Positions 8,917-17,274 of a DNA stretch of 19,388 bases are shown piece after piece (position 1 is the stretch's first letter; the number at the start of each line of letters is the position of its first letter). Location: the NCBI GenBank assembly GCA_048884965.1, contig JBHLQH010000047.1:1-19388 (forward strand), in the 5' to 3' direction. Source of the DNA: Candidatus Thorarchaeota archaeon. Its GTDB lineage: Archaea; Asgardarchaeota; Thorarchaeia; Thorarchaeales; Thorarchaeaceae. The position numbers were made by a program, and so were the translations under genes. A model generated the notes under the pieces. It saw nothing but the letters and a program-made list of their open reading frames with translations, made no database searches and was not told where the DNA came from.

Positions 8917-8945
8917 ATGTATCTAAAATAATTAGAATTAAAGAA

Positions 8946-9491
8946 TTATTCCTTTTCTGAAGACGTTGACCTTGAAACTTCCATGTCGATTGTGGCTCTA
9001 CTAGAGAGTATCTTTGTACCGGCTTCTCTAAGATGTGCGATGTTCTTTGTTGCTTCCTCAATCAATTGAGCAACTACCTCAAGTTCATCAGATTCTTCTG
9101 CTCCTAGAATCTCCTCAATGGCTATCATTTCTCCCAACATTCCTTCGAGGTCTATCCTTAGCTTTCTCAATCCGAATAGAACGAGGCCCGAAAGACCTTG
9201 ATTCATAGAATACATTACTCTTCTCCGTCCACGTCCCTTCTGTCCTGAATCCGTCTGTCCTTCAATGAAACCAAGAGATTTTAACTGTGATAGAATAACA
9301 CTCATACTTCCCCTTGAGTAGCCCGTTAGATCACAGATCTCTTCTGGTGTTAGAGGTTCATTGGTCCAATAATCTTCAACGAGGAGAAGAGCCAAAATGT
9401 CCCGAGAGGATTCTGAGAGACCCAGCCATCCTAACTGTCTTCTGCATAATTTAACCAATCTATCATAGGCTAGTGAGTCTCGCTCTTTCAT
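8946..9491 (-). CDS. wHTH transcriptional regulator (GbsR/MarR-like), paralog of 5951-6418
   Basis: GLSESSRDILALL...LTPEEICDLTGYSRGSMSVILSQLKSLGFI...GRGRRR. TATA-like TATTTAAG 23-30 nt upstream suggests a leaderless mRNA. Confidence 0.85.
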   Translation of the reverse strand: MKERDSLAYDRLVKLCRRQLGWLGLSESSRDILALLLVEDYWTNEPLTPEEICDLTGYSRGSMSVILSQLKSLGFIEGQTDSGQKGRGRRRVMYSMNQGLSGLVLFGLRKLRIDLEGMLGEMIAIEEILGAEESDELEVVAQLIEEATKNIAHLREAGTKILSSRATIDMEVSRSTSSEKE

Positions 9492-9640
9492 GATTGTTTC
9501 TATTATGTTTATGCTTAAATATTTTTACAATTCGAATATTTTTAAAATAGTCATATCAAAAAGATATTCGAGATTTGCTTATTTGATATTATCCTACAAC
9601 CAAAAGGGTTCCCTCGATCATTTTCTAGGAGTGTTTCTAG

Positions 9641-12571
9641 ATGAAACTAAGAATTCTGATCATAGATGATGATGAAGACCTACTATTCATCGCTAGGCAT
9701 TCATTTCGTCGGCATGATGCAGATTTCGAATTGATATCCACTACATCCACACAAGAAGCTCTTCAAATGTTGGAAGAGCTTGATCTTGATGGAGTTATCT
9801 GCGATTTCTATCTAGGTCCAGATCAAATGAATGGTCTTGAAATTCTACAATGGATTCGCGACATGAAGAATAGCATTCCATTCATCATTTTTACAGGTAG
9901 AAGCAGAGAGGAAGTTGCCATACAAGCTTTGAATTTAGGTGCTGATTACTACCTTGAAAAAGGCGAAGATTTGGAAGGTCTTTTTGCTGAGATTGCACAC
10001 CACATCAAACAGGTTGTACAAAATAAGAGAGTTGAGGAAGCATTCAGAGAGAGTGAAGATCGATACTTCAATCTTATAGAAACACTTCAAGATGGTATTA
10101 TCCTAGTTCAAGATGAGATTATTCACTTTTGCAATCCCCGATTAACAAATATCCTTGGAAGATCTATCAATGAGGTTCGGGGGACTGTCTACACTGATTT
10201 TATACATCCTGAGGACAGAGAAATAGTATTTGAGTTTGATAAATTACGTTTTGAGGATGCAGATCATGCTCCTCAGGAATATGAAGTTCGTATGCTGAAA
10301 AAGGATGGCTCCATAGTATATACTTCAATCCACCCATCAACTATGAGCTATAAAGGAAGGATTGCAACAACTGCAATAGTAAAAGACATCACGCAGAAGA
10401 AGATGGCAGCTAGTGCGTTTGCTGAATCTGAAGAACGTTACAAAGCATTTTTTGAACAAGCAGGAGATAGTATTTACATAATTGATCCAGATACAGGACG
10501 ATTTATCGATTACAACACGGTGGCATATGAATCACTAGGGTATACGAATGATGAATTCAAGATGCTGAGCATATTCAACATTGATGCCAATGCCAACCCC
10601 AATTTCATACAAGAAAAGATAGGAGAGATATCTGAAAGGAATAGTATCGTTTTTCAAACAAAGATACGAACCAAGAATAATGAACTGAGGGATGTAATTG
10701 TTCGAGGGAAGAATGTCTTCTTGCATGGCCGCAGAGTAATTCAGGCTATACTTCATGATATTACTCAGTACATAAAAACAATTGAATCGCTTGTAAGAAG
10801 CGAAGATAAATACAGAAACCTAATCGAAAATATCCATCAAGGGATAATAATTGTGGAGGGCATTCCGCCAAGAATTAGTATGGCAAATCCTGCAGTAGTT
10901 TCTCTCCTAGGCTACAACCAAGAGGAGATGATGTCTTGGGAATCCAACCTTATTCAAGAAATAGTATATCCAGATGATCGTGAGAGAGTAAGTCATGCAT
11001 ACAACGATATTATGGAGGAGCGGATTCAACCAGGGGAATTAGGTTTCGATTTTAGATTGATTTGCAAATCCGGTGAATTTGTCTGGGTCGACCTCTATGT
11101 CACTAAGGTAGAAACAGAATCCACCCACCAACTCCTTTGCCTGGTGATCAACATCTCCGAAATTAAGGAAACTCAACAAGCATTGGCTGAATCACACATG
11201 CGATATAAGCTGCTTTTCGAGTCAGCAAACGATGCAATATTCCTGTTGAGGGATGATGTCTTTATTGTTTGCAATAAAAAAACCTTAGAGATGTTCGGAT
11301 GTGAAGCAGAAGATATTGTTGGAAAAACACCCTATCAATTCTCTCCTGAGAAGCAACCGAATGGACAAGATTCCAAATCCATGGCTATAGAGAAAATTAC
11401 AGCAGCACTCTCAGGAGAATCCCAATTCTTTGAATGGAGGCACTCGCGTTTAGACGGATCAACATTTGATGCTGAGGTAAACTTGAATGTTGTAAATTTG
11501 CCTGATGAGAAGCTGCTTCAGGCGATAGTGAGAGATATAACTGATCGAAAAAAGATTGAGAAAATCCTCCAAGAGAATGAAGCTTTATTCAGAACCTTGA
11601 CACAATCAAATCCTGCGGGGATTCTTGTTCAATCCAATGATAGGATAGTATATGCAAACCAGCAAGCCACTGACATTACAGGATATCCTCTTGGCAAATT
11701 ACTCGAACTTGATGAACTTGATCTAATTCCAGAAGAAGATAAACCGTTGATGAAAGAATTTCTGGAAAATGAACAGAAACGAAGGTCATCTCCAACAGAC
11801 AACTTTCACTTTGAAACGCGTATATTGACCAAATCTGGTGAAATGAGATGGGTTGATTACTGGACCACCGTTATGGAATATAAAGGCAAATCCGCTCGTC
11901 TGATTGTGATTTTGGATATCAATGAGGTAAAGCAAAGTAGGGACCTTCTTGAACATCAAAAAGAAGAGCTTAGAGAATTGACTCATATGATGTCACATGA
12001 TCTGGGGAACAATATGAATAAAATTGAGGCGCTAATCCAACTCTACAGAAAAAATCCAGATCCAGATTTCTTAGATCGCATAGAAAGCATAGCTGTTAGA
12101 ACATCGAATCTTTTCCGTATATCTGCAGACCTTGCAGAAGAAGGAATCTATACTCATGAGAAAGAAAAGGTTGATCTCGATAAACTTGTAAGATTGTTGA
12201 GTTCTATACTGATTCCACCTGACATTCTTCTTTCAATGGATTCATTGCCAATTGTTCTTGGTAACGAGAGACACATTGAGCAGATCTTTCAGAATCTAAT
12301 AGAGAATGCCATCGAGCATGGAAATCCTACGGAAATATCGATTCGTCTGAACGAGGATCATGACAAGTTCTCAATCCTAATTTCGAATAATGGAACCATT
12401 ATCTCTGAAGAGAATAGACAGCAGTTATTCAAGCGAGGATTCTCTACAAAAGGGGCTAAGAAAGGTATGGGACTCTCTATAGTGAAGAAGCTAGTTATTG
12501 CTCATGGTTGGTCTATCCAACTCGATGATACTGAACACACTACTTTCAAACTCACTTTGCCAAAATATTAA
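9641..12571 (+). CDS. Hybrid sensor histidine kinase: N-terminal receiver, five PAS domains, HisKA and HATPase_c
   Basis: REC (LIIDDD, ICD, FTG, YYLEK); five PAS/PAC repeats ending D/N-I-T/S/N; H-box SHDLGN; N-box [14 protein letters not shown]; SNNG; LFKRGFSTK; [15 protein letters not shown]. Confidence 0.95.
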   Translation: MKLRILIIDDDEDLLFIARHSFRRHDADFELISTTSTQEALQMLEELDLDGVICDFYLGPDQMNGLEILQWIRDMKNSIPFIIFTGRSREEVAIQALNLGADYYLEKGEDLEGLFAEIAHHIKQVVQNKRVEEAFRESEDRYFNLIETLQDGIILVQDEIIHFCNPRLTNILGRSINEVRGTVYTDFIHPEDREIVFEFDKLRFEDADHAPQEYEVRMLKKDGSIVYTSIHPSTMSYKGRIATTAIVKDITQKKMAASAFAESEERYKAFFEQAGDSIYIIDPDTGRFIDYNTVAYESLGYTNDEFKMLSIFNIDANANPNFIQEKIGEISERNSIVFQTKIRTKNNELRDVIVRGKNVFLHGRRVIQAILHDITQYIKTIESLVRSEDKYRNLIENIHQGIIIVEGIPPRISMANPAVVSLLGYNQEEMMSWESNLIQEIVYPDDRERVSHAYNDIMEERIQPGELGFDFRLICKSGEFVWVDLYVTKVETESTHQLLCLVINISEIKETQQALAESHMRYKLLFESANDAIFLLRDDVFIVCNKKTLEMFGCEAEDIVGKTPYQFSPEKQPNGQDSKSMAIEKITAALSGESQFFEWRHSRLDGSTFDAEVNLNVVNLPDEKLLQAIVRDITDRKKIEKILQENEALFRTLTQSNPAGILVQSNDRIVYANQQATDITGYPLGKLLELDELDLIPEEDKPLMKEFLENEQKRRSSPTDNFHFETRILTKSGEMRWVDYWTTVMEYKGKSARLIVILDINEVKQSRDLLEHQKEELRELTHMMSHDLGNNMNKIEALIQLYRKNPDPDFLDRIESIAVRTSNLFRISADLAEEGIYTHEKEKVDLDKLVRLLSSILIPPDILLSMDSLPIVLGNERHIEQIFQNLIENAIEHGNPTEISIRLNEDHDKFSILISNNGTIISEENRQQLFKRGFSTKGAKKGMGLSIVKKLVIAHGWSIQLDDTEHTTFKLTLPKY

Positions 12572-12642
12572 TTATTTTAGAATTATCTGATACAAATAAA
12601 TATTATAAATAAATTTAATGCAAAAGACTCGAGGTAATCTAC

Positions 12643-12723
12643 GTGAAAGTCACTGAACTATACCATCAGGAACCACCACCGTTCCATTGGGAAGCAGGTG
12701 TCTTCGATTTAAGAAGCAAATGA
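12643..12723 (+). CDS. Candidate 26-aa leader peptide/small ORF (MKVTELYHQEPPPFHWEAGVFDLRSK)
   Basis: GTG start 7 nt after GAGGT, downstream of a TTATAAAT box at 12603-12610. Confidence 0.25.
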   Translation: MKVTELYHQEPPPFHWEAGVFDLRSK

Positions 12724-12839
12724 ATGCTACAACTAGAGTACCGAAATATCGAGCTAAACACTATGACATCTACATTTTCCAATTAAAGGAGAAAAGTGGC
12801 TGGGACTAGCTAGAACCTCAAGTAATAGGTGAAGAAAAA

Positions 12840-13490
12840 ATGGTAAAGACAGTAGAAGCTCCAGAGCCAATGCACCCTATGATTGAAGCGATAGAGGCTC
12901 AGTATCAGAAAATCTTCAGTGAGAATCTCACGTTCAACCCTGAGATTAGTCGTGTGAAACTTCTCGACAATGAAGTAATGCTGATTTCCTTGAGAACTAT
13001 AGCAGTGACACTCAAGGATGAACTGAATGATGTTCTGGGCGAGCAAGGTAGAGATATGTTCATGTACAAAGTTGGAAAGGCATTTGGTTCATCTGAAGCC
13101 CAAAGAATGCTTCCCAAATTGACACTCGGGAATGTTGTTGAAAGAGTAGCAGCTGGACCTATCTACGCAGCCTTTTCGGGATTTGTTAGGGTGAGGTTAC
13201 TACCAGGATCAAATGTGACTGATGATGAGAACTATATTCTCGTTTATGAGCATCCCAACAACTTCGAGGCAGCGTTCTGGAAAGCAGATGGCCGATCCGC
13301 GATTGAAAGCATTTGCTATTTCAACGGTGGATATGCTGCGGGGTGGTGTTCTGTAGCTACCGGACTTGATCTTGACTCAGAGGAGATTTCATGTGAGGCT
13401 GCATCAGCTCCTGCATGTCGATTCATTATGTTTCCATCTCATCGTAGGATGGAATACATGGATCGCTTAGATGAGTTCAGAAGTATCTAA
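12840..13490 (+). CDS. Stand-alone XylR_N/V4R-domain protein
   Basis: MYKVGKAFG...FSGFVRV...NNFEA...ICYFNGGYAAGWCS...EEISCEA...CRF carries the V4R Cys pattern. AGGTGA SD. Confidence 0.88.
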   Translation: MVKTVEAPEPMHPMIEAIEAQYQKIFSENLTFNPEISRVKLLDNEVMLISLRTIAVTLKDELNDVLGEQGRDMFMYKVGKAFGSSEAQRMLPKLTLGNVVERVAAGPIYAAFSGFVRVRLLPGSNVTDDENYILVYEHPNNFEAAFWKADGRSAIESICYFNGGYAAGWCSVATGLDLDSEEISCEAASAPACRFIMFPSHRRMEYMDRLDEFRSI

Positions 13491-13498
13491 AATACATG

Positions 13499-13544
13499 AG
13501 AGGTCACTTTATGATATCATGACCTCTTTGTTCCTTTTTCTTTC
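13499..13544 (+). terminator. Hairpin plus T-rich tract after the V4R gene
   Basis: AGAGGTCA-13nt-TGACCTCT followed by TTGTTCCTTTTTCTTTC. Confidence 0.6.
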
Positions 13545-13797
13545 AACTGCTTAGTTCACGCAACGATATCTAGATGAAGGATGCACTAAAGCTCAAGCAG
13601 AAGTGCATGTCCAGAGAGATTGGTACATAGCAATTTCCAACTTATTTCCCTTTCAACAAGTAGATATACTTACAACATATCATACCACGAACTCGAAGCC
13701 ACAAGAATCTCCAATTAGTATGAATTTGGAGACTATTGGGTAATTCAGAGAATGCGTTTTGGTTCTCAGCATCCACTTGACAAGGAGGTCAAGTAAG

Positions 13798-13884
13798 ATG
13801 GGATTTAACAGAAGTCAAGATAAGAAATCTCGAAAACGCAAGCTCCAAAGAAAAAGGAAACATAGTGTACATCATGATGTCTAG
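13798..13884 (+). CDS. Candidate 28-aa highly basic small protein (MGFNRSQDKKSRKRKLQRKRKHSVHHDV)
   Basis: ATG 9 nt after AGGAGG, with a downstream hairpin plus T tract. Confidence 0.3.
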   Translation: MGFNRSQDKKSRKRKLQRKRKHSVHHDV

Positions 13885-13949
13885 TAAACCGAATCTTGTG
13901 ACCTTCCCAGCACCTACGGAAGTCAACCAATCCAATAGGATAAATGGTA

Positions 13950-13988
13950 GAGCTGAAGATGTTTTTTCTTCTTCAGCTCCTCTTTTTC
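13950..13988 (+). terminator. 10-bp hairpin, possibly a bidirectional terminator
   Basis: GAGCTGAAGA-10nt-TCTTCAGCTC followed by CTCTTTTT on the + strand. It lies just past the stop codon of the convergent 14013-15008 gene. Confidence 0.55.
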
Positions 13989-14012
13989 ATCTTGCTTATT
14001 GGTGAACTCACC

Positions 14013-15008
14013 TCAAATAAAATATCGATTAACTCGATGGTCACCATTTTCTATAGGATACGTCGCAGCTAATGGTATTCCTGAGTACTTATACATTAGA
14101 TCTGCAATGATCCATGGTCCATTTTCAGATTGCATTAGCCATGGGAATTCTATTGTATCTTCATTGAGGGTAGGACTCCAAGTAAAACATGTCTGTAAAT
14201 CATGTCGGTCTTTCTTCAAAGTGTAGGTAGCAACCATCCTGCTGTCAGCTGTCTGCCACTGATAACTGATACATTTTATGTTAGTCCATTCAATTTTGTC
14301 GACAAGAACGTTTTCCATAAATCTCCCCTGCTTTCTACCTCTAATCCAGATACAACCTTGCTCACCTGCGGCAAAGAGTACACCACTCTTAGAGTCATTG
14401 CACTCGCGTAGTGATTCCTCAAGAAGGAAAGGTGTCTTGCCGAGAAATTTGAAGCTTTCATGATAGAGCTCATCTGGTATCGGCTTGTCTTGCAGGATCG
14501 CGTTCATATCCAGAATTGCATTGTGAGTCAAGCTTTTCGGTGTTTTCTCCAAGTATGCATAATCCCTCTTCAAAGGGATGCTACTCGGAATAGCCGCTTC
14601 TTGCAAGGTAGCGATACGATCTGATATGCTCTTGATGCCTGATTTGAAATTCCCGAGGGCTACTTCTTTTGATTCATCCTTGGCAATCCTTTGCGCTTTT
14701 AGTGGAATCTCAATTAGCTCATCTTTCGCATATCGTCCAAAAGTATCCACAGGAGATGCAATCATTATGAATTCATCTTGTTTTCGCACTGATATTCTCT
14801 GAATGCAGTCATAAGGAATACTTCTGGATATACCATACTGCTGGATTCCATACGCAGTTAATTCGGCCAAACGTCGGTCAGTGAGGATAAGGAATCCATT
14901 GAGAATCTCAACTGCATCAACAATAGTCTCATTCGGTAGAAGACATGATATCGCCCTGCCATAATCGTCCTTTACTGATGGACCTATACGATTTGCAGAC
15001 GATTCCAT
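14013..15008 (-). CDS. Hypothetical protein, probably with two prokaryotic PH-like domains
   Basis: LLPNETIV...GFLILTDRRL...SIPYDCIQRISV is a typical bPH pattern. GVLFAAGEQGCIWI...KIEWTNIKCISY may be a second copy. GAAGGA upstream. Confidence 0.7.
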   Translation of the reverse strand: MESSANRIGPSVKDDYGRAISCLLPNETIVDAVEILNGFLILTDRRLAELTAYGIQQYGISRSIPYDCIQRISVRKQDEFIMIASPVDTFGRYAKDELIEIPLKAQRIAKDESKEVALGNFKSGIKSISDRIATLQEAAIPSSIPLKRDYAYLEKTPKSLTHNAILDMNAILQDKPIPDELYHESFKFLGKTPFLLEESLRECNDSKSGVLFAAGEQGCIWIRGRKQGRFMENVLVDKIEWTNIKCISYQWQTADSRMVATYTLKKDRHDLQTCFTWSPTLNEDTIEFPWLMQSENGPWIIADLMYKYSGIPLAATYPIENGDHRVNRYFI

Positions 15009-15021
15009 AGTTTTTCCTTCT

Positions 15022-15465
15022 TTATCCTTTTGTAACTAGCTGTCTCAACTTGGTCATTGGACAATTATGGGTCTTGATAATAGCTTCCGGATTCATCTCT
15101 GAAAGCTTGTTTCGAAATGGTCCTTCAGGAACTCTTACTGAACCATCTTTTTCCAAAGCGATAAATTCATTCCACGGATGTTCTCTAAGCTTCATTGCTA
15201 GTGAGGAAATCTTCCTAGAGGGATTGTCAACAGCAACTTCTATCTCATCTTCACACCTATTACACATATAGAAGAAACCTGCTAATTTGAGAAGAATTTG
15301 TGTATCTTTTGCTTCGTGAAACATGCCTAGAATCGCATACCGCGATTTGCCATCTGATAACATCATTTGCCCACATGACAAGCATGCCTCTGGCCATCGG
15401 AAAGCTAAGACATCTTCACGATTCATCTTAGTTCCAAAACGATACAAGTATAACCCCTCTATCAC
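15022..15465 (-). CDS. Hypothetical Zn-finger protein (CxxC...CxxC)
   Basis: WPEACLSCG and YMCNRC. GTGA overlap with the vWA gene stop codon; the start codon is uncertain. Confidence 0.7.
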   Translation of the reverse strand: MIEGLYLYRFGTKMNREDVLAFRWPEACLSCGQMMLSDGKSRYAILGMFHEAKDTQILLKLAGFFYMCNRCEDEIEVAVDNPSRKISSLAMKLREHPWNEFIALEKDGSVRVPEGPFRNKLSEMNPEAIIKTHNCPMTKLRQLVTKG

Positions 15466-17039
15466 TCAAACGAAGAACCACAGCTGAGGCAGAATTCCAT
15501 ACCGGGAGGTACAGGCGCATAACAATTACCACATTTCTTTGCTTTTACATACTCAATTGTTCCTCTATCGCTCCATGATGCTTCAGCCCAACTAAGAATG
15601 TCTTCACGAATTCCCTGAAGATTAGCTATTAGCTGTCTATTTTTGAAGTATGATGCAATTCCAAGAACCGTTTCCGCATCTTGAGGACCCTCTGGCTCAA
15701 TGACGATGTTGATACTCTTGGATGCTGATAATGCAGCATCTAATGGCGATGATGTTCCACCCCCCAACTTGACAAAGAAGACTCTTTTTGGTTTTAGGTA
15801 ATCGATTGCTTGAGCTGTATCGGTAGTGTTATCGAAAATTTGTCCATCCGATATTACGAACATGGTTCCATAGCCATCTTTTGGCATTCTCTTTCTAAGA
15901 GACCCTAGAGCTGGCATGATATTTGTCCCTCCTCCGGATATTATTGTTTTTCGAAGATAGAGCATTTGTTGGATATCTATTGGAACATCAATTGGATAGG
16001 AACCTGTATCAAAAAGAATCAGGACAACATTCTCTCTTCCTATCCTTGCTCCAATCAATCCCCCTAGAGTTATGCCCAACTCAATGGAATTAGCCATTGA
16101 ACCAGATTTATCGATCAGAATAGCTGTAGTTCCGATGTGTTTCTTATCAATTACAGTTTTATTGAGAGCTCTCTGTGCGATATCTAACAATGCCATTCTA
16201 AGTGCCCTTTGGTGCTCATCGTGTGTTGGGCTGAGGTTTTTGTCCACTACTGAAAGAATCTCCGAGACATTAATCATAGGAGCGTACTTCAAAGGTTCAA
16301 TTTCGAATTCACGACCACATCCATTACACTTGTACTGATGCTTTGGAGTGAAGAACAGTTGGACCTTTCCACAGGTCCAACACTCGGGTAAACCCAAACG
16401 CTTCAATGCGATTTCAATAAGATCCGTTTTGTTCCGATACAACGGAACGCGATCAACCACGAATCGCAGTGGCGCAAGAGAAAGGTATGATTCAAGATAG
16501 TCTTCTATGGGATATGTTTGGCTCAGATAGTGCCAAGCTATTCTTGCCTTAAGAAATCCTTCAAGTTCGTCTCTCGTCTGCTCATCTGCCTTTCTCGCAT
16601 CTCGAATTCTCGCTACAAGTGAATCCTCAGGTGCCTTTTCGCCATATACAGACTTCTGGAACCATGCTAACTGCCATCGATCTGGGTGAGGGTGCGTGAT
16701 ATCAAATATTTCTTGGAAAACTTTGGTGCTATATTTGTGATACCAGAATTGTAGTGCATTTGGTGCAGTTTCATAGAGATAATCGTTAATCAAATCCTTG
16801 TACGTACTTGAAACCTTTCCTTTCTTCTCATCACGTATCCAATCTCGAACATCTGCTGGTGTGCATTTTCCCAGAACATACTTGAACAGCTGCTGATCTC
16901 CATGCTCTACAGCATATGATAGGATTGAAGGAATCAGATGTCTGATGTTCATTCTCTGCTCTAGCATCCATCTAGATAGCAAAGGAATATCTTCTTCCAG
17001 TGTTTCCCCAAATATAGATTGAAGCTGTTTCTTTGACAT
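15462..17039 (-). CDS. vWA-domain protein with a helical N-terminus and two Zn ribbons (candidate Ro60/TROVE-like RNA-binding protein)
   Basis: MIDAS DKSGS (aa 310-314), GGGT, ISDG; Zn ribbons C220/C223-C238/C241 and C503/C506-C517/C520; GAGGGT SD. The vWA call is solid; the Ro60-like role is inference. Confidence 0.85.
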   Translation of the reverse strand: MSKKQLQSIFGETLEEDIPLLSRWMLEQRMNIRHLIPSILSYAVEHGDQQLFKYVLGKCTPADVRDWIRDEKKGKVSSTYKDLINDYLYETAPNALQFWYHKYSTKVFQEIFDITHPHPDRWQLAWFQKSVYGEKAPEDSLVARIRDARKADEQTRDELEGFLKARIAWHYLSQTYPIEDYLESYLSLAPLRFVVDRVPLYRNKTDLIEIALKRLGLPECWTCGKVQLFFTPKHQYKCNGCGREFEIEPLKYAPMINVSEILSVVDKNLSPTHDEHQRALRMALLDIAQRALNKTVIDKKHIGTTAILIDKSGSMANSIELGITLGGLIGARIGRENVVLILFDTGSYPIDVPIDIQQMLYLRKTIISGGGTNIMPALGSLRKRMPKDGYGTMFVISDGQIFDNTTDTAQAIDYLKPKRVFFVKLGGGTSSPLDAALSASKSINIVIEPEGPQDAETVLGIASYFKNRQLIANLQGIREDILSWAEASWSDRGTIEYVKAKKCGNCYAPVPPGMEFCLSCGSSFE

Positions 17040-17165
17040 TATTTACCCTCTAGCAACTGTTTTCGCTCTTTTGTAATACTCTAAACAGCTCTATATTGCT
17101 TTCTGATTATTGCCAAGCATTTTGTTGATGCCTTTTTCTTTCAAAACATAAATTGTAGAAGAAGA

Positions 17166-17274
17166 TGGCGCCACTGATGAGGTTGAACTCAGCATCTCCA
17201 GCAAATCGTTTCGCGGTGCCCATAAGGGATCGAATTAGCGGACGACTGTCCTAGCAAGCTAGGAAGGAAGTGGC
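17166..17274 (-). ncRNA. tRNA-like RNA 1: acceptor stem, T-arm, encoded CCA, conserved inserted module, no anticodon arm
   Basis: Minus strand: GCCACT...AGTGGC-G-CCA; hairpin CCTAGC-TT-GCTAGG at the D-arm position; T-arm TGAG-TTCAAC-CTCA; module at 17195-17246. Confidence 0.75.

Noticed and set aside
12370-12400. Possible pseudokinase because the G1 box reads SNNG rather than DxG
   Set aside because: The H, N, F and G2 boxes are intact, and this variation alone is not enough to infer inactivity.
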